Origin: Takakia lepidozioides
Lineage: Eukaryota > Plantae > Bryophyta
Direction of reading: 5' to 3'
Assembly: GCA_030704615.1 (NCBI GenBank)
Contig: CM060733.1
Coordinates: 62,620,001 to 62,684,000 of the forward strand
DNA: 64,000 bases
Below are positions 26,016 through 38,896 of this stretch, in pieces. Numbering within the stretch: position 1 is the first letter of the stretch; every line of letters starts with the position of its first letter. Made by a program: the position numbers and the translations under genes. The notes below the pieces were generated by a model. It was given only the letters and a program-made list of their open reading frames with translations, did not search any database and had not been told where the DNA came from.

Positions 26016-26683
26016 TGTTACCGGTTAGTTGCTGATAAAAACCATCGGTTCCTGGTTAGGTTCCGGTTCTATTTTAAAAATATATTTGTTTAATTTAATT
26101 AGATTTAAAATATTTTATCAGTCCGGTAGATTAAATAGCAGTGTATTCACATATTTGAACTAAAATCCAACGATTTGTTAGTTTTCACTAACACAAAAAA
26201 ACAAACAAAAATACTCTAAATAAATTGGTAGAAGAAAATGGGTAAAATTTTATGGGTTGAAAGTACTATTCAGCTACCTGCAAGTATTGGCATCTTCAAA
26301 CATTTTATTAATGAACTTAGCCAGGATATCATGGAGCTGGAGATTGAACCCAAGATCTCATGGCGCTGAAGCATTGAACATAGAATCTCATGGCCTTCAA
26401 GCATTGAACCAAGGATCTCAGGAGCTTGAGAGCATTAAATAAGTTTTGCCCTAGGCCCACCAGCCCCACCAAGGGGTCAAGAACCGGAACCTGTTTTTAC
26501 CCCTCTGCGCCCCGGTTCTCCGGTTCTCACACCCAGCAAGAACCGCCGGTTCGGTTCTGCGCCGATCCCCATTGGCAGGTTCCGGTTCCGGGTCAGGTTA
26601 TGTAGAAATGGGCCCGGTTCCGGTTAACCTGAACCTGAACCGGCGGTTAACCTGGGTCCCTGGCGGGTAACCGCCCAACACTA
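26016..26683. mobile_element. hAT-like non-autonomous element end with CCGGTT/AACCGG subterminal repeats
   Basis: Dense CCGGTT/GAACCGG motifs at 26480-26672. Terminus ...CCGCCCAACACTA (rc TAGTGTTGGGCGG). Only one end is recognisable. Confidence 0.5.
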
Positions 26684-28936
26684 GTTAGCAACGCATCCAA
26701 TCACATAATATCTAGAAGCATCATCACCTTCACATCCAAACGGCACACTTCATCCGATGACACAGTTTAGCACATAAAATCACCCTCCCCAGAGCCCAAG
26801 CCCCCAAAGCTTTATATAAAATATGAGCTAATCTAAACAGACAAGTGACCAGCCCTCATTGGCGGTAACGATTACATTATTCCTCCATCACACATCGACT
26901 ACTAGGGTGTCTAATCTTGTTACTGTTGGACAATGTAGCAGGACCGGGACCAAAATTAGGCCCGCACTAATTTTCTCAACCACCACCCGCTTTCATCCAT
27001 GCAATGAACAGAAGAGCATATGACTAAAAGACGAATCCATCAGAATCCATCCTTCCACAAAATCGGGCGATCTTTCGCCAGATAAAAAAAAACACTGTGA
27101 ACTTGGCGGCCGACAGTCCACAGGTAAGTTGACCGTTCTCTCTGGCCTTGAAAGCTGCCAAGAGTAAGGTCCATGGTTTCTCCTCTTAGGCCGTCTTTGT
27201 TCGTGGCCTTGCTCAGAAATAAACAAATTTAAGCTACCCAAGAAAGATAGATATTGATGCTGCAAAATTTAAAGCGTCTTCCCCCATGTTTGCAGATGGT
27301 GCCTATGGCGCCGTCATGGATGCCAAACAAATTAGGTAATAACACGAGACACTTCGCATTTTCCTTTCCTGGGGTTGCTTTGTTGTATGTATGCGCCGTC
27401 GGATCCAGGCTCGGAATTGTCTATTGCGCAATTCCGCAGAAAGGAATGTACTGTGGGCAAAGAAGCAAGAAAGGGATCGTTAGACAAGACCGATGATTGG
27501 TATATCTGGCGCGTAGGTCAAAGCTGGAGCATGGAACTGCGGCGGCAGGAGTTCTTGAAGGGACAGTAGCCTTGACAGGGTGAGCTTTCTTCATGTAGGA
27601 TGAGACGGAGTGTGAGGGAGGTTGACTGAACTCGTGTATGATCGTATTATGTGAACTGGTTTGTACCCCTAGTCGTTGAGTGAATTGAGTGAGGTTAGAA
27701 TCTCGCGTTGCCCTGCCAAAACTTTTTTGTTCTTCCTAAGCATAAGCGGGTTTAGCATCTGTGTAAGTTTGGACATGTTCGTATGGTCCTCATTCCAATG
27801 GATGAATGTTGTTGAAAGCTCACTAGCACTCCATGAAGGAACTTGTCAAAATGTTGATGCTGTGGATGTTCAGGCACAAAGGTCTACTGTGGAGCATGGA
27901 GCAGAGCTGGCATGATTTTCTTACAGATCCTTCACAATGGTGGGACAACCTCTATCGCAAGGTGTGGCTTTCTTATTGCACGACGTGAAGAAGTTTGTCC
28001 ATCTTGCAAAATGTGCGCTCTTCCTGTTAGTATCACGATTTGGTTATTTTCCTGGTGTTTACAAGGTATTTGGGAGGGTCAGTGTGGTCTTAGGAGGCCG
28101 AGTTTAAATGTATGGCTGCTCAGCTGCACCGTGGTGGTTCTCCTCACAGACCAATCCGAGATCAGCTGACTACAGACGCAAGCAGCACACGCAAGAGGTC
28201 CTTGGGTTGATGGTCAGTGGAATCCTCCATGGGTGAAAGAAAAGCTAGCTGCTTTAATGACACAAGGTCAAGGACAATGTGGTGAGGGCACCTCCTTCTT
28301 CAACACCATTCAGTGTGTTTTGCCCTCTTATCAGAGCCGTCCCTAAATTTCCATGTTGAGTTTTGCAAGTAAGCTCGCCTGGTGGATTTAGGTGGTTTGG
28401 AGTGATTTTCACATGTTACTGCCAATGTGGCAGCAGGAAAGTATCCAAAAACAAATAACAAAGACGAGGAGCAGCTTTGGAATGAACATTTTTCCGACCC
28501 CAGTCAATGGAGGAACAATGAGGTAAAAAGGTGAATGCCTGTTAGATTACAGAGAGAAGCAGACAACAAGATACAATGCAAAGCTATGTTGAAAATTGTC
28601 ATCCTCTCTCTTCCCCAGCACATTTTTAAAGTCTCGGGAGCAATTCAGCATTGGAACTAGTGTGTGATAAGTGGGGTCGGGTTGTTTGCTAGAACAAATC
28701 TATCCTGTCATTTTCAGCTGCTAGCAGCAAGGCGAGGATCTATACATCACTTAGGCAGAGGCAGGGATAGCTGAAGGAGCAGGGATAGATTGTTGGTCCA
28801 GATTCATCCAAGAGAGCATAAAATCACCTATGATTCCCTGTGGATCTATAGCCACAAGAAACCAGCATGGGTGGATGGTCAACTGGAAGCAGCAGCGCTG
28901 GTGGTGGCACGGTTGATAAAATCAGGCACCTCGACC

Positions 28937-31900
28937 ATGACCACAGCTTCCGAAAGAGGACTAAGAGAGGGAGTCCACAAAGCCTCTTCTGGCACTTCTG
29001 GACATGTGAGGATGCTATGTGAGGCAGGGCGACTGAAAGAGGTTCTACAGACTTTAAACCAAGGAGGCATTTCAGCAGATTCAGATGCTTATGTCTGTCT
29101 CTTGCATAAGTGCATCAAGATGAAAGGCCTGGAAGCTGGAAAGCAGGTGCACACTCACATTATCCAGAGTGGATTCAAGCCAAACGTTTTTTTACAGAGA
29201 ACCCTTGTCAACATGTATGTAAAGTGCGGTAGCATCATGGATGCTCACCAAGTGTTCAACAGAATGCCTCAACGATGTTTGATCACGTGGAATATAATGA
29301 TGGCAGGATTTACCAAGCATGGGTGTGGTAGGAATGCTTTGGAGACATATGACCAAATGTTGTGGGAAGGGGTGAAGCCCAACCAAATTACATTTGTTTG
29401 TGTTTGCAAGGCATGTGCGAGCCTGGCAGCCCTGGAAAAGGGCAAAGAGGTCCATGGTGACATCATTAAAGCTGGAATTATACCAGATGTCATTCTGAAC
29501 ACTACGCTGGTGGACATGTATGCCAAATGTGGGTGCATTGAGCAGGCAAAGGGAGTGTTCGACACTATGGCTGAACGGAACGTGGTGTCATGGAACGCGA
29601 TGATCACAGGATATTCACAACAGGGGCGCGGGTTGGAGGCTCTGGAGACCTACGAGCAAATGATGCGGGAAGGGGTGAAGCCCAACCACATCACGTTTGT
29701 TTGCGTTTGCAATGCATGTGCGAGCCTGGCAGCCCTGGAGAAGGGCAAAGAAGTGCATGGTCACATTGTCAAAGCTGGAATTGTACCAGATATCATTCTG
29801 AACAATACCCTGGTGGACATGTATGCCAAATGCGGGTCCATGGACGACGGAAAGCGACTGTTCAACTCTATGGCTGAACGAGATGTGGTGTCATGGAGCA
29901 CGATGATTGCAGGATATTCACAGCAGGGGCATGGGATGGAAGCTTTGGAGACCTATGAGCAAATGATGGGGGAAGCAGTGAAGCCCAACCACATCACGTT
30001 TGTTTGCGTTTGTAATGCGTGTGCGAGCCTGGCAGCCCTGCGAAAGGGCAAAGAGGTGCATGGTGACATTGTCAAAGCTGGAATTACACCAGATGTCATT
30101 CTGAACAATACCCTGGTGGACATGTATGCCAAATGTGGGTGCATCGAGGATGCAAAGGGAGTGTTCAACAATATGGCGGAACGAGATGTGGTGTCATGGA
30201 ATGTGATGATCGCAGGCTATGCACAGCTGGGGCACAGGATGGAGGCTTTGGAGACCTATGAGCAGATGCTAGGGGAAGGGGTGAAGCCCAACCACATGAC
30301 ATTTGTTTGCATTTGCAATGTGTGTGCGACTCTGGCAGCCCTGGAAAAGGGCAAAGAGGTCCATGGTGACATCTTCAAAGCTGGAATTATACCAGATGTC
30401 ATTCTGAACAATACCCTGGTGGACATGTATGCCAAATGTGGGAGCATCGAGGATGCAAAGGGACTGTTCGACAATATGCCTGAGCGAGATGTGGTGTCAT
30501 GGAGTGCAATGATTGCAGGATATGCACAGCAGGGGCGTGCGATGGAGGCTTTGGAGACCTATGAGCAAATGATGCAGGAAGGAGTGAAGCCCAACCACAT
30601 CACGTTTGTTTGTGTTTGCAATGCATGTGCGAGTCTGGCAGCCCTGGAAAAGGGCAAAAAGGTCCATGGTCACATGATCAGAGCTGGAATTGTACCAGAT
30701 GTCATTCTGAACTCTGCCCTGGTGGACATGTATGCCAAATGCCAGAGCATTGAAGATGCAAAGGGAGTGTTCGACAATATGGCTGAACGAAATGTGGTGT
30801 CGTGGAGCGCAATGATTGCAGGATGTGCACAGCAGGGGCATGGGGTGGAGGCTTTGGAGATCTATGAGCAAATGATGTGGGAAGGGGTGAAGCCTGACCA
30901 CATCACGTTTGTTTGCGTTTGCAATGCCTGTGCAAGCATGGCAGCCCTGGAAAAGGGCAAAGAGGTCCATGGTGACATCGTCAAAGCTGGAATTGTACCA
31001 GATGTCATTCTGAACAATACCCTGGTGGATATGTATGCCAAATGTGGGTGCATCGAGGATGCCAAGAGAGTGTTCGACACTATGGCTGAACGAGATGTGG
31101 TGTCGTGGAACACGATGATTGCAGGATATTCACAGCAGGGGTGCGGGATGGAGGCTTTGGAGACCTATGAGCAAATGGTGTGGGAAGGGGTGAAGCCCAA
31201 CCACATCACGTTTGTTTGCGTTTGTAATGCATGTGTGAGCCTGGCAGCCCTAGATAAAGGCAAAGAGGTCCATGGTGACATCGTCAAAGCTGGAACTGTA
31301 CCAGATGTCATTCTGAACAATACGCTGGTTGACATGTATGCCAAATGTGGGTGCATTGCGGAAGCAAAGGGAGTGTTCGACAATATGGCTAAACGAGATG
31401 TGGCGTCATGGAATGCGATGATCACAGGATATGCCCAGCATGGTTGTCAGAGGGAGGCCCTGCAACTATTTGAAGGAATGCAGATGGACGGCTTGAAGCC
31501 AGACAGTATCACCTTTATATGTGTTCTCTCTGCTTGCAGTCACGGTGGCCTATTGGATGAAGGAAGACGCTACTTTGATTCACTGAGTCCAGATCATGGT
31601 GTCACTCTGACAGTAAAGCACTTTGGCTGCATGGTGGACCTTCTTGGACGTGCGGGGCAATTGGATGAGGCAGAGGACCTTATTAATAATATGCCAATCA
31701 AACCAGATGCTGTGGTGTGGAAGGCCTTGCTTGGAGCCTGCAGAATCCATGGCAATGTGGAGATGGCTGAACGTGCAGCAACATCCATTCTCAAGTGGGA
31801 TGAACAGGATGCCGCAACTTATGTGTTGCTATCAGACATCTATGCCGCAGCTGGCAGGTGGGACGATAGTGCAACGGTAAGAAAAATGATGAAGGTCAGA

Positions 31901-32323
31901 GGGGCTAGAAAGGAGCCAGGTCGCTGCTGTATTGAGGTTGGCAACAGGGTGCACACCTTTGTTGTAGATGACAAATTGCATCCCAAAATTAAGGAAATAC
32001 ATGCTGAGCTGAGAAGATTGTCTGGGCAGATGAAGGAGGCAGGGTATGTGCCAGACACACGCTTTGGATTGCATGATGTGGGGGAGGAGCAAAAGGTTTT
32101 TTCTCTTTGCCACCACAGTGAGAAATTGGCCATTGGTTTTGGGCTGATCAGCACGGCCCCTAGGGTGCCTCTCCGTCTCATCAAGAATCTTCGGGTGTGT
32201 GGTGACTGCCACACCTCCACCAAGTTCATCTCAAAACTTGTTGGCAGATCAATTGTTGTACGGGACACTAACCGCTTTCACCACTTTGAAGATGGGGTTT
32301 GTTCCTGTGGGGATTACTGGTGA
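28937..32323 (+). CDS. PLS-class PPR protein with E1, E2 and DYW cytidine deaminase domain (organellar C-to-U RNA editing factor)
   Basis: Uninterrupted ORF: L-S, seven P-L-S triplets, P2-L2-S2, E1, E2, PG box, HSEKLA, CGDCH, and C-terminal DYW-stop. First in-frame ATG is 28937; the frame is open from ~28775, so upstream exons are possible. Confidence 0.96.
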   Translation: MTTASERGLREGVHKASSGTSGHVRMLCEAGRLKEVLQTLNQGGISADSDAYVCLLHKCIKMKGLEAGKQVHTHIIQSGFKPNVFLQRTLVNMYVKCGSIMDAHQVFNRMPQRCLITWNIMMAGFTKHGCGRNALETYDQMLWEGVKPNQITFVCVCKACASLAALEKGKEVHGDIIKAGIIPDVILNTTLVDMYAKCGCIEQAKGVFDTMAERNVVSWNAMITGYSQQGRGLEALETYEQMMREGVKPNHITFVCVCNACASLAALEKGKEVHGHIVKAGIVPDIILNNTLVDMYAKCGSMDDGKRLFNSMAERDVVSWSTMIAGYSQQGHGMEALETYEQMMGEAVKPNHITFVCVCNACASLAALRKGKEVHGDIVKAGITPDVILNNTLVDMYAKCGCIEDAKGVFNNMAERDVVSWNVMIAGYAQLGHRMEALETYEQMLGEGVKPNHMTFVCICNVCATLAALEKGKEVHGDIFKAGIIPDVILNNTLVDMYAKCGSIEDAKGLFDNMPERDVVSWSAMIAGYAQQGRAMEALETYEQMMQEGVKPNHITFVCVCNACASLAALEKGKKVHGHMIRAGIVPDVILNSALVDMYAKCQSIEDAKGVFDNMAERNVVSWSAMIAGCAQQGHGVEALEIYEQMMWEGVKPDHITFVCVCNACASMAALEKGKEVHGDIVKAGIVPDVILNNTLVDMYAKCGCIEDAKRVFDTMAERDVVSWNTMIAGYSQQGCGMEALETYEQMVWEGVKPNHITFVCVCNACVSLAALDKGKEVHGDIVKAGTVPDVILNNTLVDMYAKCGCIAEAKGVFDNMAKRDVASWNAMITGYAQHGCQREALQLFEGMQMDGLKPDSITFICVLSACSHGGLLDEGRRYFDSLSPDHGVTLTVKHFGCMVDLLGRAGQLDEAEDLINNMPIKPDAVVWKALLGACRIHGNVEMAERAATSILKWDEQDAATYVLLSDIYAAAGRWDDSATVRKMMKVRGARKEPGRCCIEVGNRVHTFVVDDKLHPKIKEIHAELRRLSGQMKEAGYVPDTRFGLHDVGEEQKVFSLCHHSEKLAIGFGLISTAPRVPLRLIKNLRVCGDCHTSTKFISKLVGRSIVVRDTNRFHHFEDGVCSCGDYW

Positions 32324-34686
32324 AAGGATGTTTCTCTGGAAAGGTGCGAGTGTCTTTCTTCATTCATTGATCTGTGTAGCTACTCAGTTCATCCATCATT
32401 TCCTGAGAATATTGACCATGATGTGTACTGTTGAGGGCATTTCCTGTGGAATATGCACAGGAAATGGTAGTGGGGTCTACCCAGCATAGGTGGGAAGTCC
32501 GCTATAATTGCACTTGTCTGGAGCAGGTAATGAGTGAAGGGGGGGATTCTGACTGAGTCAGGTGATAGTGGAAGGAAATCAGAGTGCTGTCCTAAATCTG
32601 GTGCGGGTGGTGGAGTTTCTCCGAAGCTTGAAGATGAAAGTGAATATGATTTGTAATGAGCTTGATTAGAGGGCAGCCTTGTGCACAAGTGCGTTCAGCA
32701 TCTTAAAAGTTGGGCATGTCTGTATGTTTCTCCTGGTGCTGCTTTAGATAAGAGCCCTTGACTAACTTGCATGACACATAATTTGGACATCGATATTTTT
32801 TACTCACACCTAGGAAAGTTACTCTCACAAGCTTGTGGATCTCGTACATACACTTGGCCAACAGATGCCATCAACAACCCCTCTTTTCTGTACTCGGGAA
32901 CGTCTTGCATCGAGGACTGTACCTCACATAAAATACCTCAGAATATTTTTAAACCATTGATGTTTTCTTGGACGGTTCAGCTCTGTTCAAAGATGGCGCC
33001 TAACTTTCCCGGAAGTTAATTGAACCAATACTTGAAAAACAGAACAAACTTTCATTCATAGTACACTTAAAATTTCACCCATCTTTTTTCCTTAAGTTGT
33101 CCAATAACAGATATATTACCTGAGGGAGGTGTTACTTGGAGAAGGTACATCATGAAACTATTTTGGATCCAAGGAGAGGAGGTCACACCTAGGGAAGGCA
33201 CAACAAGGGCTTTACGATTTTTGACATTGATGCGGGTTCTAAAGAGGAGCCAACAAACAATATATTCCCTTCACTCAAGACACTTCTGCGTATATCCAGA
33301 GTACCACAATGAGTTGACATTGAAATGTGACTCACTCTCACTATATGGATGGATCCCAAAGGAATGCAAAAGCTGGATTCGGAATATCTAGTGTAAGATA
33401 ATTAAAAGGACCATCTGATGCAACAAATACTGACGTGGAACCCTCATAAGAACCAATGTGCATTGCACATACACATCCGTTATTGTTTGTATATCAAGAT
33501 ACATCCAAAAAATGACCTACCCAATACGCAACTTAGACACATGCCAAGTAATAGAAAAGGCCCGGGAGTTGAATGCGATATGAGCGAGGGTGCCTGCGTG
33601 GCCCGCCCCTCACCTGCCGTTGCGCCCCCATGGCAGCAACACTGCGGCCCCGGTCGCCGCGACTGGGCCTCCTGCCTCCCCCGCCTTCACACACGAAATA
33701 CATGAATCGGTTGTACATGAACTGTACCACCATGACGCATGCATCAAGATCGTGAAGGTTGTCATACATGCATGCATCATCGCACATCTATGCCTGGTCA
33801 TACATGCAAATTCATATATGCATTGTCATACAGTGACGTTGAACGCCGTGAGATTCAAATTTCAAATTTGAACTTGGATATTAGCTTTTAATCGTCAGAA
33901 TGAATGTACCTTCATTTCTTGGGTAGATAAGATGATCATGGACCTTTGTTCTCCCCTCCTCGTCATACAGTTGTGTTGTACCCTTGCATCTTTCGTAACT
34001 CAATAATTTTGGAAGCTTTGAACCGTCCTCATCATGTGTGGAGATGACAAAAGTAAAGAGGTTGTCCCCCATCTTGTTTGGAAACTCCGAAGCCAACTAC
34101 AATCCCCGAACCGAGGTACTTTCAATCAGAATGTATTACAGTAGCAAACCAACATGTAGCCCAGTGGTAAAGGCATATACCCTCTTACGAGTGGTTGTGG
34201 TTCAAACCACCTTGTTGGTTGTTACAAAGGTGTCCACCTTCCTACCGGGAGGCAGTAGCCCTTCTGAGTCAAGTGACACCATAAATTACGCTTGCTTCGG
34301 CAACGCGTCCATTTATTATTTTTATTTTTATTTTAATAATTACAGTAGCATTTCCAATGGCATGGTAGGCCTCTCGAGAAATACAATGCCGCATCTACCC
34401 AAATGCCAAATAAAATAATAATAATCTAAATTAAAAAAATAAAAATAAAAACTCAGAAATCCTGGAGCAGAAGTGATGATCGTCGACAATCAGATCACGA
34501 CATCTACCCAAATGCAGAATGACTTTCCAGTGGAGAATGATTTTTCATGTTAGTAAGTGTACCTTCAACTTCTACTTTGTCTCTGGATGCCTTCTTCACG
34601 ACCTATCCTCCTTGGGGAACTAATTTCTTGTTTCTTGTCATGTCTTTCAAGAAACCTAGGTGTAGGACTTCAAGAGCACCTTTGCT

Positions 34687-35545
34687 GTGGAACGTGTCAA
34701 GTTATTTTACCCATTAACTATCAGACTGGCTGACCAATGGAAGATCAGACCAGTGGGTCACTTAGCGAATGTTCGGCTAAAGACCGGAGGCTACACGTAC
34801 GCGGTAGATTTCCAAATCATAGATTTCCCCATTGATGAGTATTCCTACGCACTCCTACTAGGGAGGCCATGGTTGGTCCAGTCCCGAGCTCGAACGGACT
34901 GGAGGGCAGGTACCATCACTTATGGGATAAAACCTTACACGGCTACAGTCGCTTTTCTTTCGGGAGCACCTCACCACGAAACAGATGAGGATGAGCTCAG
35001 CATGATTGGTTCTGAAGAGGAATCTGCGGACTTGAGTGAGGAGGATTGGTGGATAGATAGAGAGATCCATCCAACGTCACATGCCCACCGAGTATTAAGG
35101 GGGTGCCCTCTTATGTGGCCATGCACTCTATTCCCCTGATTCCGGGAGCTACACCACGACGGCAGCGAGAAAGGAGGGTGAATCCCAATCTGGCCCTTCT
35201 CATCAAAGGAGGGGGAGGGGTAATGTTAGATGACTACTTGGGACTTAGACGTTTTTACGGGATCTGTGGGGTATCCTTAATTTTTACACAGACTGAGACC
35301 AACATGAGCCTTAGAGGTGACAGCAACAGGCTTTAGGGGGGGAGATACACATCCCAACACAGTCCATCACAGCCCATCACAGCCCGTCACAGTCCAACAC
35401 AGCCCGTCACAGCCACACAGCCAGTCACAGCCCGACACAGCCCAACACAGTCGCACATGCAGTCACAGCCCGACACAGTCGCACAGCCAGTCACAGCTCG
35501 ACACAGCCCAACACAGTCGCACAGCCAGTCACAGCTTGACACAAC
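34687..35545 (+). mobile_element. Ty3/gypsy fragment: protease and RT start, deleted through to the PPT and the start of an LTR
   Basis: IRLADQ...VDFQII...LLLGRPWL is a retropepsin C-terminus; HSIPLIPGATPRRQRERRVNP is the RT lead-in. A purine tract GGAGGGGGAGGGG (~35208-35220) is followed by TGTTAG at 35224. Confidence 0.75.
35355..35545. repeat. Low-complexity ACAGCC/ACAGTC repeats; an inverted counterpart lies at 36790-36960
   Basis: CACAGCCC-type units seen directly; GGGCTGTG units at 36790-36960. Confidence 0.75.
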
Positions 35546-36149
35546 TGTCACGACCATAGGGAACGGATAGCAGGACAGGGAACAACTGTGGGGAACAACA
35601 TCTGCGAATGGAACATGTTAGTTCACGGATGACGGTTAGTGAGGGAAACGGTTAGAACAACGGGTAGGAAGATAAAGCCAGGAGCGAGGACTGGAAAAGG
35701 ATCATCACTTCTTGGGGATCACTACTTCAGGGAGGACTTCTGGCATCACTGGGGGGAAATGAAGCGGAGAGCGCATCTCTGAGTAGAAAGAGGGAGAGCG
35801 CGGAGTAGGAGGAGAACGATCTGTTGATGTTTGATAAATGCAAGCAGTAGAGTTGTAATGTAGAGCAGATTAGAGACTCCATGGCTTCAGCCTGATACTT
35901 GATAGATATTAATCTGATACATACTTCATACTCACACTGTGTAGAGAGACCTGAATAAGGCTGTGGAAATGAATGGATGGAACTTGATAGATTTCTGAAG
36001 CCAACTGATATTTAATTGCAGATAGTAAGGTAACTCGCTAACATGAATGTGGGAAGGAGTACAAATAGGAAACACCCCCATGATACACTAGCTGTAGGTC
36101 ATGACTGATTGTTCTGAGCGGGCTGAGTGCTTAGAGATTTCCAACTCTT

Positions 36150-38896
36150 CTATCTTGGAGTTCCCACCTCGGATAGCGAAGGGATGGGTGAGTAAAAGAC
36201 GCACGACACTTGTTTGAAACAGCTAAAGGAAAGCTTGCAGGGCACAGAGCATAAAGGTAAGGTTGGCACAGAATGGAACAGGTAAGTGCGTGTAAGCCTG
36301 TGGGGTTTCTTGTTCTTGTTTCTTGGAGGGAACCACCTGCATGAAATTCTCACTCCTGATTGGCTGTTGCCTGCTTAGGTAACTTCTTAATTCCACCCCC
36401 CTCCGTGGACATTCCCACCTGGAATGTCCAGTAGGACAACACATATGGCATAAGTCCCTCTTTTCTATACTCGGAAAGGGTTCTGTTACCCCTGCCCTGA
36501 ATGCATTAATGGGCCCACAAATAGTTTTAGCTGATGTACCGGGTAGGTACTTTGACGGCCCGATTTGTCCTCTTGCATGATGAGACCCACTCTTGCAATT
36601 TATGCACTGCGGTGTGCTTCGCCTTAGTGGCCATGTGTCCGTTTTTAGACATGCCCCCGACTTCCCCTCTCCGCGTGGCATATTCTCCGAGTTTGACTTC
36701 CAAACTTCTTCTTCACTTGACGGCCACTTTTCTGACGTTAACCCGCGTCCACCTGTCACTGACCCAATGGACTGTGTAACCCGCATGGGCTATGTTGGGC
36801 TGTGACAGGCTGTGTCTAACTGTGGTGAACTATGATAGGTTGTGTGACACTGTGATGGGCTGTGATAGGCCGTGTCACGCTGTGTTGGGCTGTGATAAGC
36901 TGTGTCACGCTGTGATGGGCTGTGATAGGATGTGTCACGCTGTGATGGGTTGTGATAGCTATGCGAACATCTGTACTTCCCGCCCTGGTCATACACGCTC
37001 GGCTTAGCGACAAGTGCTCCATACTCCGTTGGTATCAGTGGCGCAGTCCGTGACTGTTTTTGTGTTTCAACATGCAAATCGTGCTGCAATGGTTTGTCAT
37101 GGATACCACTGTACCCCCTTCAACTTATTGGCATTGACTCTTCCCAGCATTTCTTTGTTAATGGTTTGTAACATGGCGGTGTTATTATCATACATCTTTT
37201 GTATGACATAAGGTCCTTTCCATGGTGATTTAAGCTTAGAAGCTTTAATCTTCCCCTTCTTCTGCAACCACAGTACCAAATCTCCCGTCTTAAAAGTCTT
37301 TAATTTACCTTCATCAAACTGATCCTTCCTCTTCATCTGAATTCTGGTCATGTTATCAGCTGCATCAGCACGTACTTCTTCCACATGGTATAATTCATGT
37401 TTCCTGACCTTAATTGAATCTTCCAATTCCATTCTCCTTCCCCATTCAATTCTCATGGTGGGTAACAAGCATTCCACTGGAAGTAAAGCTTCCATACCAT
37501 AAACTAATTGGAATGGTGTATACTTAGTGGTGACTTTATATGAAGTCTTGTATGACCACAAAGCTGTCAGCAGCTTTGTATCCCAATCTGTTCTGTTTGC
37601 ATTGACTATCTTAGCCAAGATAGTACATAGTATTTTGTTGGTAGCCTCTGCCTGCCCATTACCCTGTGGGTAATAAGTTGTACTCTTCCTATGCACAATC
37701 ATGAACTCTTTAGTCAATAGTTCTATGGTCTCATTAATGAAGTGACTTCCCTGGTCACTGATAAATTCCAGGGGACAGCCAAATTGTGTAAGTATGTTCT
37801 CATACATGAACCATGCTGTGGACTTAGCTGTGTTGTCCCTCAGAGCTTTAGCTTCCACCCACTTTGTAGTATAATCAGTGGATGTGATTATATACTTGTT
37901 CTGTGTATTCTTGGGTGGAGGGTTAATTGGTCTAACAAAGTCTAGTCCCCATTTCTGAAATGGTTCAGTAGGCATCGTAGGATGCAAAGCCATCTCCTCA
38001 GATCTCTGCAATGGTCCTAGCCTCTGACACTCATCACAACTCTTACAATACTTGTGTACATCGTTGAACAAAATAGGCCACCAGTAACCTGCAAGTAGTA
38101 TCTTTCTACTAGTAGTCTCTTCTCCAAAATGACCTCCAGCCACTCCTTTATGAACTTCCTCCAAAACTTTATTTACTTCATGGTGATACAAGCATCGTTT
38201 AAGTACTCCATCAGGTCCTAGCTTATACATTCTGCCCCCTACCATAGTATAAGGTAAAGCCTTGATAGCGATTCTCTTCCTCTGCTCATTTCCATAACTA
38301 GGTGGGCACTAACCATGAGTAAGGTAGTATCTGATTGGCCACTGTCAATCTAACTAGTCATCTGCACTTCCCTGCACCTCCACCGCAAATAAACTCGCAT
38401 CAGGTAATTGGTTATCTACTCCTGTGGCGGGCTCTCCTGTTGATAGACGTGACAAATGATCTGCCACAAGATGCAAACGGCCAGGCTTGTAAACAACTTC
38501 GAACTCAAACTCGTGCAAGATTATTAACCACCTTGCTATCCTTCCACTTATCAAAGGTTTGTTCACCAGATATATCAGAGCCTGGTGATCTACATAAAAC
38601 ATAAACTTTCTTCCCAATAGGTAATGCCTGAATTTCTTGACTGCATATATCATTGCCAGTGCTTCTCTTTCAGTTGTGCTATAGTTCATTTCAGCACTGT
38701 TCATCAACCTGCTAACATAGTACACAGGTGAATCTATATTTCCTGTAACATTTTGGACTAACACTGCTCCCAACGCTTCTCCTGAGGCATCACAGTGAAC
38801 ATGAAATATTACGTGCCAGTGAGGGTTAATCAGCATAGGTGTAGTTGTTACTGACAATGTAAGTTCCTCAAAAGCCTGTAGACAATCAGTTGTCCA
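36150..38896 (-). mobile_element. Ty3/gypsy pol 3' part (RNase H, integrase) and downstream region
   Basis: RNase H motifs CDASGEALGAVL, NYSTTEREALA, VDHQAL, VADHLSR. Integrase (37097-38245) has HHCC, WGLDF, ISDQGSHF, NGQAE and WKGPY. One in-frame stop at ~38310. No chromodomain. Confidence 0.93.

Noticed and set aside
26952-26960. AAAATTAGG as the TSD mate of the A1 right flank (24993-25001)
   Set aside because: It lies on the wrong side of the element and is not adjacent to any terminus; a chance match.
28790-28936. ORF-track start for the PPR gene
   Set aside because: It is a TTG codon. The first ATG is at 28937, and any N-terminal extension would need upstream exons that I cannot define confidently.
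29192-32268. Antisense ORFs over the PPR gene (and over the transposases)
   Set aside because: These are shadow frames of repetitive coding sequence with no recognisable motifs.
33020-34500. Short ORFs and small repeats downstream of the PPR gene
   Set aside because: I could not support any recognisable domains or termini.
35546-36150. A further LTR starting TGTCACGACC
   Set aside because: The start is plausible, but no matching end, PBS, PPT or TSD could be identified, so it is not annotated.
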